In this document: positions 1-8,901 of the stretch, piece by piece
Layout: each line of letters opens with the position of its first letter
How positions within the stretch are numbered: the stretch's first letter is position 1
Source of the DNA: Alphaproteobacteria bacterium
GTDB taxonomy: Bacteria; Pseudomonadota; Alphaproteobacteria; CAAHEQ01; UBA3637
NCBI GenBank assembly: GCA_017412085.1
Contig: JAFPYS010000019.1
Location: forward strand, 17,869-81,868
Direction: 5' to 3'
DNA: 64,000 bases
Program-made: the position numbers and the translations under genes
The notes under the pieces: generated by a model
Databases searched by the model: none
Seen by the model: only the letters and a program-made list of their open reading frames with translations
Told to the model about the DNA's origin: nothing

Positions 1-65
1 TACCGTTCGGACAAAGCGTCCGCCAGTTGCTGTTCTTGAATTTTGGGCATTTGTTGTTCAGTCAT
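1..65 (-). CDS. N-terminal fragment of a CDS running off the window edge (MTEQQMPKIQEQQLADALSER...)
   Basis: Open reading frame on the minus strand from ATG (63-65) to the window edge; no strong SD seen. Confidence 0.3.
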   Translation of the reverse strand, partial: MTEQQMPKIQEQQLADALSER

Positions 66-127
66 AGGATCATTGTAGACAATAAAAAAATAAAAAGCAA
101 GCTCTTTTTTGGCAACAGCTTCAACAA

Positions 128-1801
128 TTACCGCTCGATGGGCTTATATTTAATGCGGTGCGGTTGGTCGGCATCTATACCTAAACGACGTTTGCGATCG
201 GCCTCGTATTCTGCATAGTTACCTTCAAACCATACGACTTGACTATCGCCTTCAAAGGCCAAGATATGTGTAGCCAAACGATCCAAGAACCAACGGTCGT
301 GGCTAGTAATCACAGCACAGCCAGGGAAGTCCATTAATGCTTCTTCTAACGCACGCAAGGTGTCGACATCCAAATCATTTGTTGGTTCATCCAATAACAA
401 CACATTCGCACCAGATTTCAACATTTTTGCCATATGAACGCGGTTGCGTTCACCGCCAGACAATTGGCCAACTTTCTTTTGTTGATCTGCCCCCTTGAAA
501 TTAAATTGAGCGACATAGGCACGGCTAGGTACCTCACGTTTGCCCAGGAGCAGGGTATCATTACCGCCGGAAATTTCTTGCCACACAGTGTTGTTGTCGT
601 TCAGGGCATCACGACTTTGATCGACGTAGCCAAGTTTGACCGTTTCACCAATGCGGAATGTCCCTTCATCAGGTTTTTCCTGACCCGTAATAATGCGCAT
701 CAAGGTTGTTTTCCCCGCGCCATTGGGGCCGATAACACCAACGATACCGCCGGCGGGTAGGTTAAAACTTAAATTTTCAAATAGTAATTTGTCACCAAAG
801 GCCTTTTTTAGGTTATCGGCTTTCAATACCAAATCACCCAAGCGAGGACCAGGAGGAATAACAATCTGGGCAACATCCGGCACCTTTTCATTAGATTTTT
901 TTAACAATTCTTCATACGCCGTAATACGTGCTTTTGATTTTGCTTGACGGGCTTTAGGATTGGCGTGAACCCATTCCAATTCTTCCTTTAATGTCTTTTG
1001 GCGCTTGTCTTCGGCGTTTTGTTCAATCTCTAAACGCTTGGATTTCGCTTCAAGCCAGCTTGTATAATTGCCCTCATAAGGAATTCCTTCCCCACGATCC
1101 ATTTCCAAAATCCACCCAGTCACATTATCCAAAAAATAGCGGTCGTGTGTAATCATGACGACAGTATTTGGAAAGTTTTTCAAATAAATTTGTAACCATG
1201 CAACAGATTCGGCGTCCAGGTGGTTAGTTGGTTCGTCCAACAACAGCATATCTGGTTTGGACAGAAGTAGGCGGCATAAAGCCACACGGCGCTTTTCTCC
1301 ACCAGACAATTTTGTCACATCCCAATCGCCCGGGGGACAGCGCAAAGCATCCATAGCAATTTCCACATTACGTTCAAATTCCCAGCCATTGCAAGCGTCA
1401 ATTTTTTCTTGAAGTTCTGCTTGTTCTGCCAACAATTTGTCCATGTCGGCATCAGGATCTGCAAAAGCATTATTGACCTCTTCCCACCGTTTCATAAGAT
1501 CGCGAACTTCTCCCACGCCATCCATGACGTTTTCCATGACGTTTTTGCTAGGATCAAGTTGTGGTTCTTGGGGCAAGTAGCCGACTTTTACGCCTTCTGC
1601 AGGCCACGCTTCACCTGTAAAATTGTCATCCAGCCCAGCCATGATTTTCATCAACGTGGATTTACCAGCACCATTTGGGCCGATCACGCCAATTTTTGCA
1701 CCAGGGAAAAAACTGAGCCAAATATGCTTTAAAACTTCTTTTCCGCCAGGAAAAGTTTTACATAAATCTTTCATTACATAAATATATTGGTAGGCAGGCA
1801 T
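128..1801 (-). CDS. ettA: Energy-dependent translational throttle protein EttA (ABC-F ATPase)
   Basis: 557 aa, two ABC cassettes with Walker A ([24 protein letters not shown]), [16 protein letters not shown] signatures and ABC-F linker. Confidence 0.95.
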   Translation of the reverse strand: MPAYQYIYVMKDLCKTFPGGKEVLKHIWLSFFPGAKIGVIGPNGAGKSTLMKIMAGLDDNFTGEAWPAEGVKVGYLPQEPQLDPSKNVMENVMDGVGEVRDLMKRWEEVNNAFADPDADMDKLLAEQAELQEKIDACNGWEFERNVEIAMDALRCPPGDWDVTKLSGGEKRRVALCRLLLSKPDMLLLDEPTNHLDAESVAWLQIYLKNFPNTVVMITHDRYFLDNVTGWILEMDRGEGIPYEGNYTSWLEAKSKRLEIEQNAEDKRQKTLKEELEWVHANPKARQAKSKARITAYEELLKKSNEKVPDVAQIVIPPGPRLGDLVLKADNLKKAFGDKLLFENLSFNLPAGGIVGVIGPNGAGKTTLMRIITGQEKPDEGTFRIGETVKLGYVDQSRDALNDNNTVWQEISGGNDTLLLGKREVPSRAYVAQFNFKGADQQKKVGQLSGGERNRVHMAKMLKSGANVLLLDEPTNDLDVDTLRALEEALMDFPGCAVITSHDRWFLDRLATHILAFEGDSQVVWFEGNYAEYEADRKRRLGIDADQPHRIKYKPIER

Positions 1802-2782
1802 TTATTTTCCTTTCTTTTTCGGCAAAAGATGTAGTTTGCGTTTTAAATATGCTTTAACAATGTCATTCACATCACGTTGCTTCAGACAGTAGATATCCGT
1901 GTCGGTGTAAGGCTTAGCATAAAAGCGGCGGCGGGCCTGCTCATAAGGTTGATCAAAGATGTGACTTAAAAATTCCAAGACCTTTTTATCGGATACGCGT
2001 TCCAGTGCGCCCGGCTGAAATACGGGTTCATGCATAATCTTTAAGTAAAGTTCATCATCATTGTCAACCTTCTTAATATATTCCATCATATCTTCCAATG
2101 AATTAAAATCATGTGCATTGATAAATGCTTTAGGGTTAAATTCTTCGGCCACCCGTGGATTGCCATAATATAAAGGAATGTGTTGTGAAGCAAAGGAATC
2201 GACTAACTTTTCCATGGTATAGCCGGAACAATAAGTATTTTCAAAAGCAATGGAGAACTTGTAGTTTCTTTGGAAGCCGACTTTTTCGGATGGCGGATAA
2301 ATGTGGCCGACCGTATTGTGATATTTGCCACCATAATCCACTGTTTTATATTGTTCCAAAAGTTCTAATATTCTGGGGCGTGCCCCATCTGTTTGAGTGC
2401 CATTGCCCAATACAGCACAGCAAAATTTGCGATCTAATAATTGTTTGTCGGTTAATCTTTCTGTACGATGAAGTGATTTTTGAATGTTTTCTTTGCCCAA
2501 GGCCCAAAGTGGGAAACGCATGTACCGATCTTCAAAGGTCAAGTAACTATGCCCAAAAGCATAATCACATAAATTAAAATTAGGGCACATTTGTTCGCCG
2601 GTCCAAAAAATGCGGATGCCGTCAAAGGCGTGATGTTTATTTCCAAAAACAGTATAAAAAATATAGTCTGGTTCGTCGGAGATCTCCACATCATATTTTG
2701 TGCGCAGAAGTTTAGTAAAATAGTGATTTTCTGCATCGAAATTTTTGCCGAAATCATAATAGTTTATTTTTAACTTTTTCAT
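1802..2782 (-). CDS. Glycosyltransferase family 10 (alpha-1,3-fucosyltransferase-like)
   Basis: 326 aa; GT10 donor-binding motif FSIAFENTYCSGYTMEKLVDSFASQHIPLYYGNPRVAEEFNPKAFIN; start overlaps dut stop (TAATG). Confidence 0.85.
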   Translation of the reverse strand: MKKLKINYYDFGKNFDAENHYFTKLLRTKYDVEISDEPDYIFYTVFGNKHHAFDGIRIFWTGEQMCPNFNLCDYAFGHSYLTFEDRYMRFPLWALGKENIQKSLHRTERLTDKQLLDRKFCCAVLGNGTQTDGARPRILELLEQYKTVDYGGKYHNTVGHIYPPSEKVGFQRNYKFSIAFENTYCSGYTMEKLVDSFASQHIPLYYGNPRVAEEFNPKAFINAHDFNSLEDMMEYIKKVDNDDELYLKIMHEPVFQPGALERVSDKKVLEFLSHIFDQPYEQARRRFYAKPYTDTDIYCLKQRDVNDIVKAYLKRKLHLLPKKKGK

Positions 2783-3237
2783 TATTTTCCCCCAGTGGAC
2801 CCAAAGCCGCCTGTGCTGCGTGTTGTATCATCGGTAACTGTTCCTGCGATGATTTCGGGGCGTCCAATAGGACACACAACCGCTTGAGCAATCCTATCTC
2901 CCGGTTGAATTACAAAGTCTTCTGGGCCCAAATTGATTAAAATTGTTTTCAATTCTCCACGATAACCATAGTCAATGGTTCCTGGCGCATTCACAATGGA
3001 GATGCCAAATTTTGCTGCCAAACCAGAGCGGGGACGTGTCTGAATTTCCCATAAATTTGTGTCGCTTTCAATTTGAACCTTAACGCCATTTGGAATAATG
3101 CTTTTTTCACCTGGATGCAGGGTTATTGGTTCGGCAATTGCTGCACGTAAATCAAATCCTGCATCATCTGGATGAGCGTAGCTCAATCGCGGCCAATCGG
3201 TCAAATAGTTTTCCAAATATTCTACAATCAAACGCAT
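2782..3237 (-). CDS. dut: dUTP diphosphatase; start at MRLIVEY preceded by AAAAGGAG
   Basis: dUTPase motifs (HPDDAGFDLRA, RPRSGLAAKFGI, GTIDYGYRGEL, GDRIAQ, RSTGGFGSTG). Confidence 0.95.
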   Translation of the reverse strand: MRLIVEYLENYLTDWPRLSYAHPDDAGFDLRAAIAEPITLHPGEKSIIPNGVKVQIESDTNLWEIQTRPRSGLAAKFGISIVNAPGTIDYGYRGELKTILINLGPEDFVIQPGDRIAQAVVCPIGRPEIIAGTVTDDTTRSTGGFGSTGGK

Positions 3238-3259
3238 AAAAACTCCTTTTGTTGGCGAT

Positions 3260-3288
3260 AGAGTATCGTTTTTCCATCTTTTTGTCAA
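3260..3288 (-). promoter_or_regulatory. Sigma70-type promoter for dut-GT10-ettA
   Basis: Minus strand TTGACA-N17-TACTCT. Confidence 0.6.
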
Positions 3289-3304
3289 GAAAAAGAAAAA
3301 ATCC

Positions 3305-3332
3305 TTGCATTTTTTGCAAAAATGGTTATAGT
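3305..3332 (+). promoter_or_regulatory. Sigma70-type promoter for yajC-secDF
   Basis: TTGCAT-N16-TATAGT upstream of the yajC start. Confidence 0.5.
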
Positions 3333-3358
3333 ATGCAAATACAACAAAAGGAGTTTGT

Positions 3359-3709
3359 ATGTTTATTTCATCCGCATGGGCTCAAACAGCAGAAAACGTG
3401 GCCGCTACAGCGCCAAATGCCGCTTCTTTATCAAGTATGGCCATCCAGTTTGTGCTGATCGTTTTGATTTGCTATTTTATTTTAATTCGTCCTCAACAAA
3501 AACGCTATAAAAAACACGAGGCAGAATTAAATGCCATTGTGAAGGGTGTGCGTGTTAATGTGGGCGGTATTGTTGGGAAAGTGGTTAAGGTTGAGCCATT
3601 AGAATTGACGGTTGAAATTGCCGATGGGGTGGAGATCAAAGTGTTGCGCCCATATGTGACACAGGTTTTGTTTAACGAAGACGAATTGCTTGGAAAGGAT
3701 AAAAAATAA
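3359..3709 (+). CDS. yajC: Preprotein translocase subunit YajC
   Basis: 116 aa, single TM with FILIRPQQKR motif, upstream of secD/secF, strong SD. Confidence 0.95.
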   Translation: MFISSAWAQTAENVAATAPNAASLSSMAIQFVLIVLICYFILIRPQQKRYKKHEAELNAIVKGVRVNVGGIVGKVVKVEPLELTVEIADGVEIKVLRPYVTQVLFNEDELLGKDKK

Positions 3710-5277
3710 TGTTTGGATATTCAAAAATAAAGGTTGCTATTATTTCAGCCGTATTGGTGTTGGGACTGTTTTTCGCTTTGCCGAATTTTATGCCCAAAGA
3801 TATGTACAATCAGATACCATCTTCGATGAAGTCTTGGTGGAAGCCCGTAACATTGGGATTGGATCTACAAGGCGGTTCTTATTTGGTGATGGAAGTGGAC
3901 ACATCCACCTTAGTTCATGAAAAGTTGGAAAGCTTGGCGGATTTAACACGTTCGGCTTTGCGTGAAGGAAAGGTGCGTTTTTCTGGGTTAAAAGCTGATA
4001 ATGAAGAAATGACGGTCAAGGTTTTGAATGCGGCACAATTAAATGATGCGCGCGAAATTATTCGCAAGCAAGAAAGTGTTGGCTTGGATATTTCTGCCGA
4101 AGGTTCTACTTTAACAGTAAAATATACAGACGATGCTTTAAGCACATTGAAAAATCAAGCTGTGCAACAATCTTTGGAAATTGTGCGTAAACGTATTGAC
4201 GAACTAGGGACAAAAGAGCCTTTAATTCAACAACAGGGTGATGATCGTATTGTCATTCAATTGCCAGGCGTCCAAGATCCTGCCGAAATTAAGGCATTGA
4301 TGGGTAAGACGGCAAAGATGACATTCCATTTAGTGGATGAAGAAACAACACCTCAGATGGCCCAAATGGGTAAGATTTCTGCTGATTCCATGTTAATCAC
4401 CGGAGAAGAGACGGGGTATATCGTTTTAAAACGTTCTGTGGTCGTTGGTGGAGAAAGCTTGGAAGATTCCAGAGGAACATATGACGAAAATGGTCGTCCG
4501 GCTGTGTCATTTAGCTTCAAAAGTGCTGGGGCGAAGAAATTTGGTAATGCAACACGTGATAACGTTGGGCGTCGTTTGGCGATCGTGTTAGATGGTAAAG
4601 TGATCAGCGCGCCGACGATCAACAGCCCAATTACAGGCGGTAAAGGAATTATTACGGGTAACTTTACGGTACAATCTGCAAACGATTTGGCCTTATTGCT
4701 GCGTTCTGGTGCATTACCTGCACCTTTGTTGGTCGTGGAAGAACGTGTTGTGGGCGCTGGTTTGGGTGAAGATTCTATTAAGGCCGGAACAACAGCTTGT
4801 TGGATTGGATTGGTGCTTGTTTTTGCATTTATGGTTATTGTTTATGGCTGGTTTGGTATTATGGCCGACTTGGTTTTGTTGGCAAACGGAATTTTATTGT
4901 TGGCATTGTTGAGTGCTCTTGGCGCGACACTGACATTGCCAGGATTAGCAGGTATTGCATTGACAGTTGGTATGGCTGTGGATGCGAATATCATTATCTT
5001 TGAACGCATGAAGGAAGAGCAAATGCATGGCGTAACCGTTCCAAAAGATGTCTTAACACGTGGATTTGAAGGTTCGTTCAGTGCTATCTTAGACGGCCAA
5101 TTAACGACATTGTTTGCGGCGCTGTTCTTGTTTTGGCTTGGGTCCGGTCCTGTGCGTGGCTTTGGTGTGACATTGGGTCTTGGTTTGGCAACAACGATGT
5201 TTGCCGCGATCTTTGTGTCAAAGTTGATTTTGATGGCATGGATGAATATGAAACATCCAAAAGAAATTAAGTTTTAA
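3709..5277 (+). CDS. secD: Protein translocase subunit SecD
   Basis: 522 aa; LGLDLQGGSYLVMEVD, SecD/SecF TM motif TVGMAVDANIIIFERMKEE. Confidence 0.97.
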   Translation: MFGYSKIKVAIISAVLVLGLFFALPNFMPKDMYNQIPSSMKSWWKPVTLGLDLQGGSYLVMEVDTSTLVHEKLESLADLTRSALREGKVRFSGLKADNEEMTVKVLNAAQLNDAREIIRKQESVGLDISAEGSTLTVKYTDDALSTLKNQAVQQSLEIVRKRIDELGTKEPLIQQQGDDRIVIQLPGVQDPAEIKALMGKTAKMTFHLVDEETTPQMAQMGKISADSMLITGEETGYIVLKRSVVVGGESLEDSRGTYDENGRPAVSFSFKSAGAKKFGNATRDNVGRRLAIVLDGKVISAPTINSPITGGKGIITGNFTVQSANDLALLLRSGALPAPLLVVEERVVGAGLGEDSIKAGTTACWIGLVLVFAFMVIVYGWFGIMADLVLLANGILLLALLSALGATLTLPGLAGIALTVGMAVDANIIIFERMKEEQMHGVTVPKDVLTRGFEGSFSAILDGQLTTLFAALFLFWLGSGPVRGFGVTLGLGLATTMFAAIFVSKLILMAWMNMKHPKEIKF

Positions 5278-5291
5278 GAAAGGATATCAAG

Positions 5292-6206
5292 ATGAGTAAG
5301 TTATTTAGAAAACGTGAATATAACATCAACTTTATAGGACAGTCAAAGATTGCTTATGTCTTGTCGGCAATTATGTTGATTGTAGCTGTTGTTTCATTGG
5401 TGACGCGTGGTTTGAATTATGGCATTGATTTTGTTGGCGGTGTTCAAATTGAAGCGTCCAGCGAAAACACAATTCAAATGGATGTTGTGCGCCAGAAATT
5501 GTCTTTCTTGAAAGATCTATCTTTACAATCAGTGGGGACAGATGGAAAGGGTATTTTAATTCAAGCGCAGCCTGAGGGTGAAAATCCAAATGCCTTGTTA
5601 ACAAAAATCAAGGATGCATTGGGATCTGGCTATTCTTATAACGAAGTGGAAATCGTTGGCCCAGCGGTTGGTGCGGAATTGAAGTATAAGAGCTTGTTGG
5701 CATCTATTTTGGCACTTTTAGCGATTGCTGTTTATATTTGGTTTAGATTTGAATGGCCTTTTGCCATTGGATGCTTGTTGGCGTTGGCTCATGATATGAT
5801 TATTGTGGTCGGCTTTTTCTCATTGTTCCAGATTGAATTTGATATGGTGGTTGTGGCTGGTTTATTGTCATTGGCTGGTTATGATTGCAATGATACGATC
5901 GTTAGTTATGACCGTATGCGTGAAAATTTGAAAAAATATCGCAAAGCAACTGTGCGAGAATTGATCAACCGTAGTACAAATGAAACATTCTCTCGGACAA
6001 TTTTAACAAGTTTGACAACGTTGTTTGTCGTGTTGGTGTTGTTGTTTGTGGGCGGTGAAGCGTTGAAAGGATTTTCAATCGCGATGGTGCTTGGTACAAT
6101 CTTTGGAACATATTCATCAATTTACTTGGCAATGCCGCTATTACAATATTTTGATGTGCGTTCTGTTGGTAACAGCTCGGATGCAACGCCAGATTTCAAT
6201 AAGTAA
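5292..6206 (+). CDS. secF: Protein translocase subunit SecF
   Basis: 304 aa; NYGIDFVGG, GYDCNDTIVSYDRMREN. Confidence 0.97.
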   Translation: MSKLFRKREYNINFIGQSKIAYVLSAIMLIVAVVSLVTRGLNYGIDFVGGVQIEASSENTIQMDVVRQKLSFLKDLSLQSVGTDGKGILIQAQPEGENPNALLTKIKDALGSGYSYNEVEIVGPAVGAELKYKSLLASILALLAIAVYIWFRFEWPFAIGCLLALAHDMIIVVGFFSLFQIEFDMVVVAGLLSLAGYDCNDTIVSYDRMRENLKKYRKATVRELINRSTNETFSRTILTSLTTLFVVLVLLFVGGEALKGFSIAMVLGTIFGTYSSIYLAMPLLQYFDVRSVGNSSDATPDFNK

Positions 6207-6209
6207 AAT

Positions 6210-6235
6210 AAAAGCCCTCCGCAAAGAGGGCTTTT
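6210..6235 (+). terminator. Rho-independent terminator after secF (likely bidirectional with tspO)
   Basis: AAAAGCCCTC-CGCAAA-GAGGGCTTTT hairpin. Confidence 0.8.
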
Positions 6236-6242
6236 AAAATAA

Positions 6243-6701
6243 TCAAAACACAAGTACTGTATTAAGATATAGGGCAAAGAAGGCCCACAATAATGTTGGA
6301 ACAATTAACCATCCGGCCAAGAGGTTTGTTTTGCCAAAAGATTTTATGTTGGCCATTAATGCTAAAATAAAGAAGACCAAAACAACAAGGGCGCCGCCTG
6401 GACTCCTTAAGTAAAAAAATGCAAAACTCCACAGCATATTGAGGGCAAGTTGTAGCACAAACCAACGGGGTGATGCCTTTCCCCAAACAAGATAGGCTGC
6501 GACAGCTTGTAAGAACAATAAAATGCCCCACACAGGCCCAAAGATATAATCTGGAGGATTAAGATTAGAGTGGGGTAATGTCCAATACCAAGCCATTGTA
6601 TCATCGGTCATATATCCCGAGGCAACCCATCCAATAAGATTAACCAAAACAAGTAAAAAGATAAAACGTCCAATTTTTTGTAATAGTGAAATTTTTTTCA
6701 T
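6243..6701 (-). CDS. TspO/MBR (peripheral benzodiazepine receptor) family membrane protein
   Basis: 152 aa, multiple TMs, Trp-rich; WYWTLPHSNLNPPDYIFGPVW, LNMLWSFAFF. Confidence 0.85.
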   Translation of the reverse strand: MKKISLLQKIGRFIFLLVLVNLIGWVASGYMTDDTMAWYWTLPHSNLNPPDYIFGPVWGILLFLQAVAAYLVWGKASPRWFVLQLALNMLWSFAFFYLRSPGGALVVLVFFILALMANIKSFGKTNLLAGWLIVPTLLWAFFALYLNTVLVF

Positions 6702-6820
6702 ATTTTCTCCTTTTGTTGATAGAAAAAGTATAGGTCAAAAAATTAAAGCTTCAAGATGTCGGAAGAAATGTGATTGCTTTTTGATTTAAAATTTTATAAA
6801 ATAAGCGCAAGGAGTGTTAT

Positions 6821-7534
6821 ATGAAAAAAACAGCAACGACCTTGCCAGAAAAGAATAAACCTTGGTATTATGGCCACCGGCAACGCATGAGCGAAAAAAT
6901 CACAAAGTTGGGTATGGATTCTTTGACAGAATCGGAAATTTTGGAAGAGCTGTTGATGCGGGCGATCCCAAGACGAGACGTCAAACCGATTGTTCGCGAA
7001 TTATTGAGCAAGTTCAAAACATTAAGTGGTGTTATGAGTGCAAATGAATCCGAGTTAATTCAGGTAAACGGTATTAAGGAAAAGACCGCTCAATTTTTAA
7101 TTCTGATCCGCCGTGTTGCGCAAGAAATTGCCTTAGGTAAGGTTGAAAAGCGTCCGATTTTATCCGATTGGGAAAGTTTATTGGATTATGTCAGCACGAT
7201 TTATACCAGAGAAACGGTTGAGGTTTTATATATTCTTTATCTAGACAGTAAACTAAAGTTAATAAAAGCTAGGAAAGAAAAAGTAGGATGTGTCAATCAT
7301 ATTGAGATTTCTCCAAAAGAAATTTTAAAGGAAGCGTTGAACTTAAATGCAGCGCAGGTTATTTTAGTACACAATCATCCATCAGGTGAAGCCATGCCGT
7401 CAGTGGACGATATTCGCACAACAGAGATGGTGGCTAAGTTGTTAGAGGCGGCTGGGATTCATTTGGTAGAACATTTAATTGTTGGAAACAATCGAAAAGT
7501 TCATTCAATGAGGGCTCAAGGTATTTTAAAATAG
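6821..7534 (+). CDS. radC: RadC family JAB-domain protein
   Basis: 237 aa; HhH region plus HNHPSGEAMPSVDD JAMM motif. Confidence 0.9.
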   Translation: MKKTATTLPEKNKPWYYGHRQRMSEKITKLGMDSLTESEILEELLMRAIPRRDVKPIVRELLSKFKTLSGVMSANESELIQVNGIKEKTAQFLILIRRVAQEIALGKVEKRPILSDWESLLDYVSTIYTRETVEVLYILYLDSKLKLIKARKEKVGCVNHIEISPKEILKEALNLNAAQVILVHNHPSGEAMPSVDDIRTTEMVAKLLEAAGIHLVEHLIVGNNRKVHSMRAQGILK

Positions 7535-7579
7535 AAAATTTTTCTTGTTTTTTAATGCAAAAGGTGTTACCTTAAAAAT

Positions 7580-8347
7580 ATGGTTAATGAAAAAGATAAG
7601 TTTTGCCCAATTAATTGCCCGTTTTTAGCGAGTCGTTCGTTTTTGCCCAAAACAATGCCTTTTTATTGTGAAAAATATGCAACGTTCTTGGGGATGGATG
7701 CAGGTAAGAAAGTTTTAAAATGCAGTGCTTGTAGAGGGAAAAAACAAGATCTTATTGAAACTGGTTTGGCTCTTTTGGAAGCGCAGATGCAACCTCAGGG
7801 ATTAATTAACCAAATGAAGCAGGCGTTTTTGGCGATGCCTCTTGTGACGCAAAAAATGTTTGTTTCTATCCTGGAGCAAAATGGTGTGCAGTTGCATCCA
7901 GAAGGGGAAGAAAAATTAACGCCTTTTACATTAATGCATATAGCACAAAGGGCTCGTTTACAGGCTCGCCGTAGAGAAGAATCTCCAGAAGTTCAGGAAT
8001 TTATTAAATTATTGAATGTTGTGGGTGGAGATGCCCCGTTGGATGGGATGACAAAGACGTTATTGTCAAATCTGTTTCAAGTAATTGATGGATCTGAACG
8101 CAGTATGTTATTGACTATTATGGAAAATCCAAAAAATTTGGAAAGTTTTTTAAAATCATTTTCCAAAACACCGCATGATAAAGATTTATTAAGGAACTTT
8201 AGGGCATTGTTATATGAAGTTCATAGAGAGTTAATAAATAAAACGAATACGGTTAATTTGTTCCAACAGCAAATTCGGAATAACGAATTGGCACGCACGA
8301 TCCAACAAATGACTCGTGCACGTGCAGCGAAAGCAAAAACAAGGTAA
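7580..8347 (+). CDS. Uncharacterised protein with N-terminal Cys cluster
   Basis: 255-aa intact ORF after radC; CPINCPF...FYCEKY...KCSACRG; no family recognised. Confidence 0.8.
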   Translation: MVNEKDKFCPINCPFLASRSFLPKTMPFYCEKYATFLGMDAGKKVLKCSACRGKKQDLIETGLALLEAQMQPQGLINQMKQAFLAMPLVTQKMFVSILEQNGVQLHPEGEEKLTPFTLMHIAQRARLQARRREESPEVQEFIKLLNVVGGDAPLDGMTKTLLSNLFQVIDGSERSMLLTIMENPKNLESFLKSFSKTPHDKDLLRNFRALLYEVHRELINKTNTVNLFQQQIRNNELARTIQQMTRARAAKAKTR

Positions 8348-8348
8348 T

Positions 8349-8894
8349 TTAATCTGATTTAAGCGTGGCCAAAATCGCTTGACACACCTGTTCTGGCGTT
8401 AAGTGTGTTGTATCGACAACCAAATCAAAATTGTTTTTATCATCAATATCTAGATCATAGTTCTTTTGAAAATGTATCAGCTCTAATTGATGTCTTTTGA
8501 TGGCGGCTTCTGTGGATTGTTGAACAGAGGCATATTTTTGTTCTCCTGAACGCGCAGAATCATTAAAAATACGTTCGCCCGCCACTTCGTCCCGAACAGT
8601 CAGACAGACTTTGAAAGATTTTGGCACAAAATGAAAGGCCAATCGCGAATCCACAACACAATTGTCGTTACCCCAAGGGGGATTTTTAAACACAGCATCA
8701 ATGCGTTCGTCAATGGATTTATCTTTGATGGTTAGGGCATTCAGTTCAATTGTGGTAACCCCCATTTCTTCGGCAATTTTTCGTTGTGCCATGCCGGTTG
8801 AATAATACTGCCATCCCAATTTTTGGGCCAGCATCTTTGAAACAGTAGACTTGCCACTGCCAACAGAACCGGATATCGTAATCGTTTGTCCCAT
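8349..8894 (-). CDS. Cytidylate kinase-like nucleotide kinase family protein
   Basis: P-loop GSVGSGKSTVSKMLAQKL; strong SD AGGAGG before MGQTITISGS; ORF-track start is upstream of this. Confidence 0.8.
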   Translation of the reverse strand: MGQTITISGSVGSGKSTVSKMLAQKLGWQYYSTGMAQRKIAEEMGVTTIELNALTIKDKSIDERIDAVFKNPPWGNDNCVVDSRLAFHFVPKSFKVCLTVRDEVAGERIFNDSARSGEQKYASVQQSTEAAIKRHQLELIHFQKNYDLDIDDKNNFDLVVDTTHLTPEQVCQAILATLKSD

Positions 8895-8901
8895 GTGCCT
8901 C

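Noticed and set aside
6821-7534. RadC as marker of a mobile or defence island
   Set aside because: Neighbouring genes are housekeeping (secDF, tspO, parE). No integrase, transposase, repeats or defence genes were seen.
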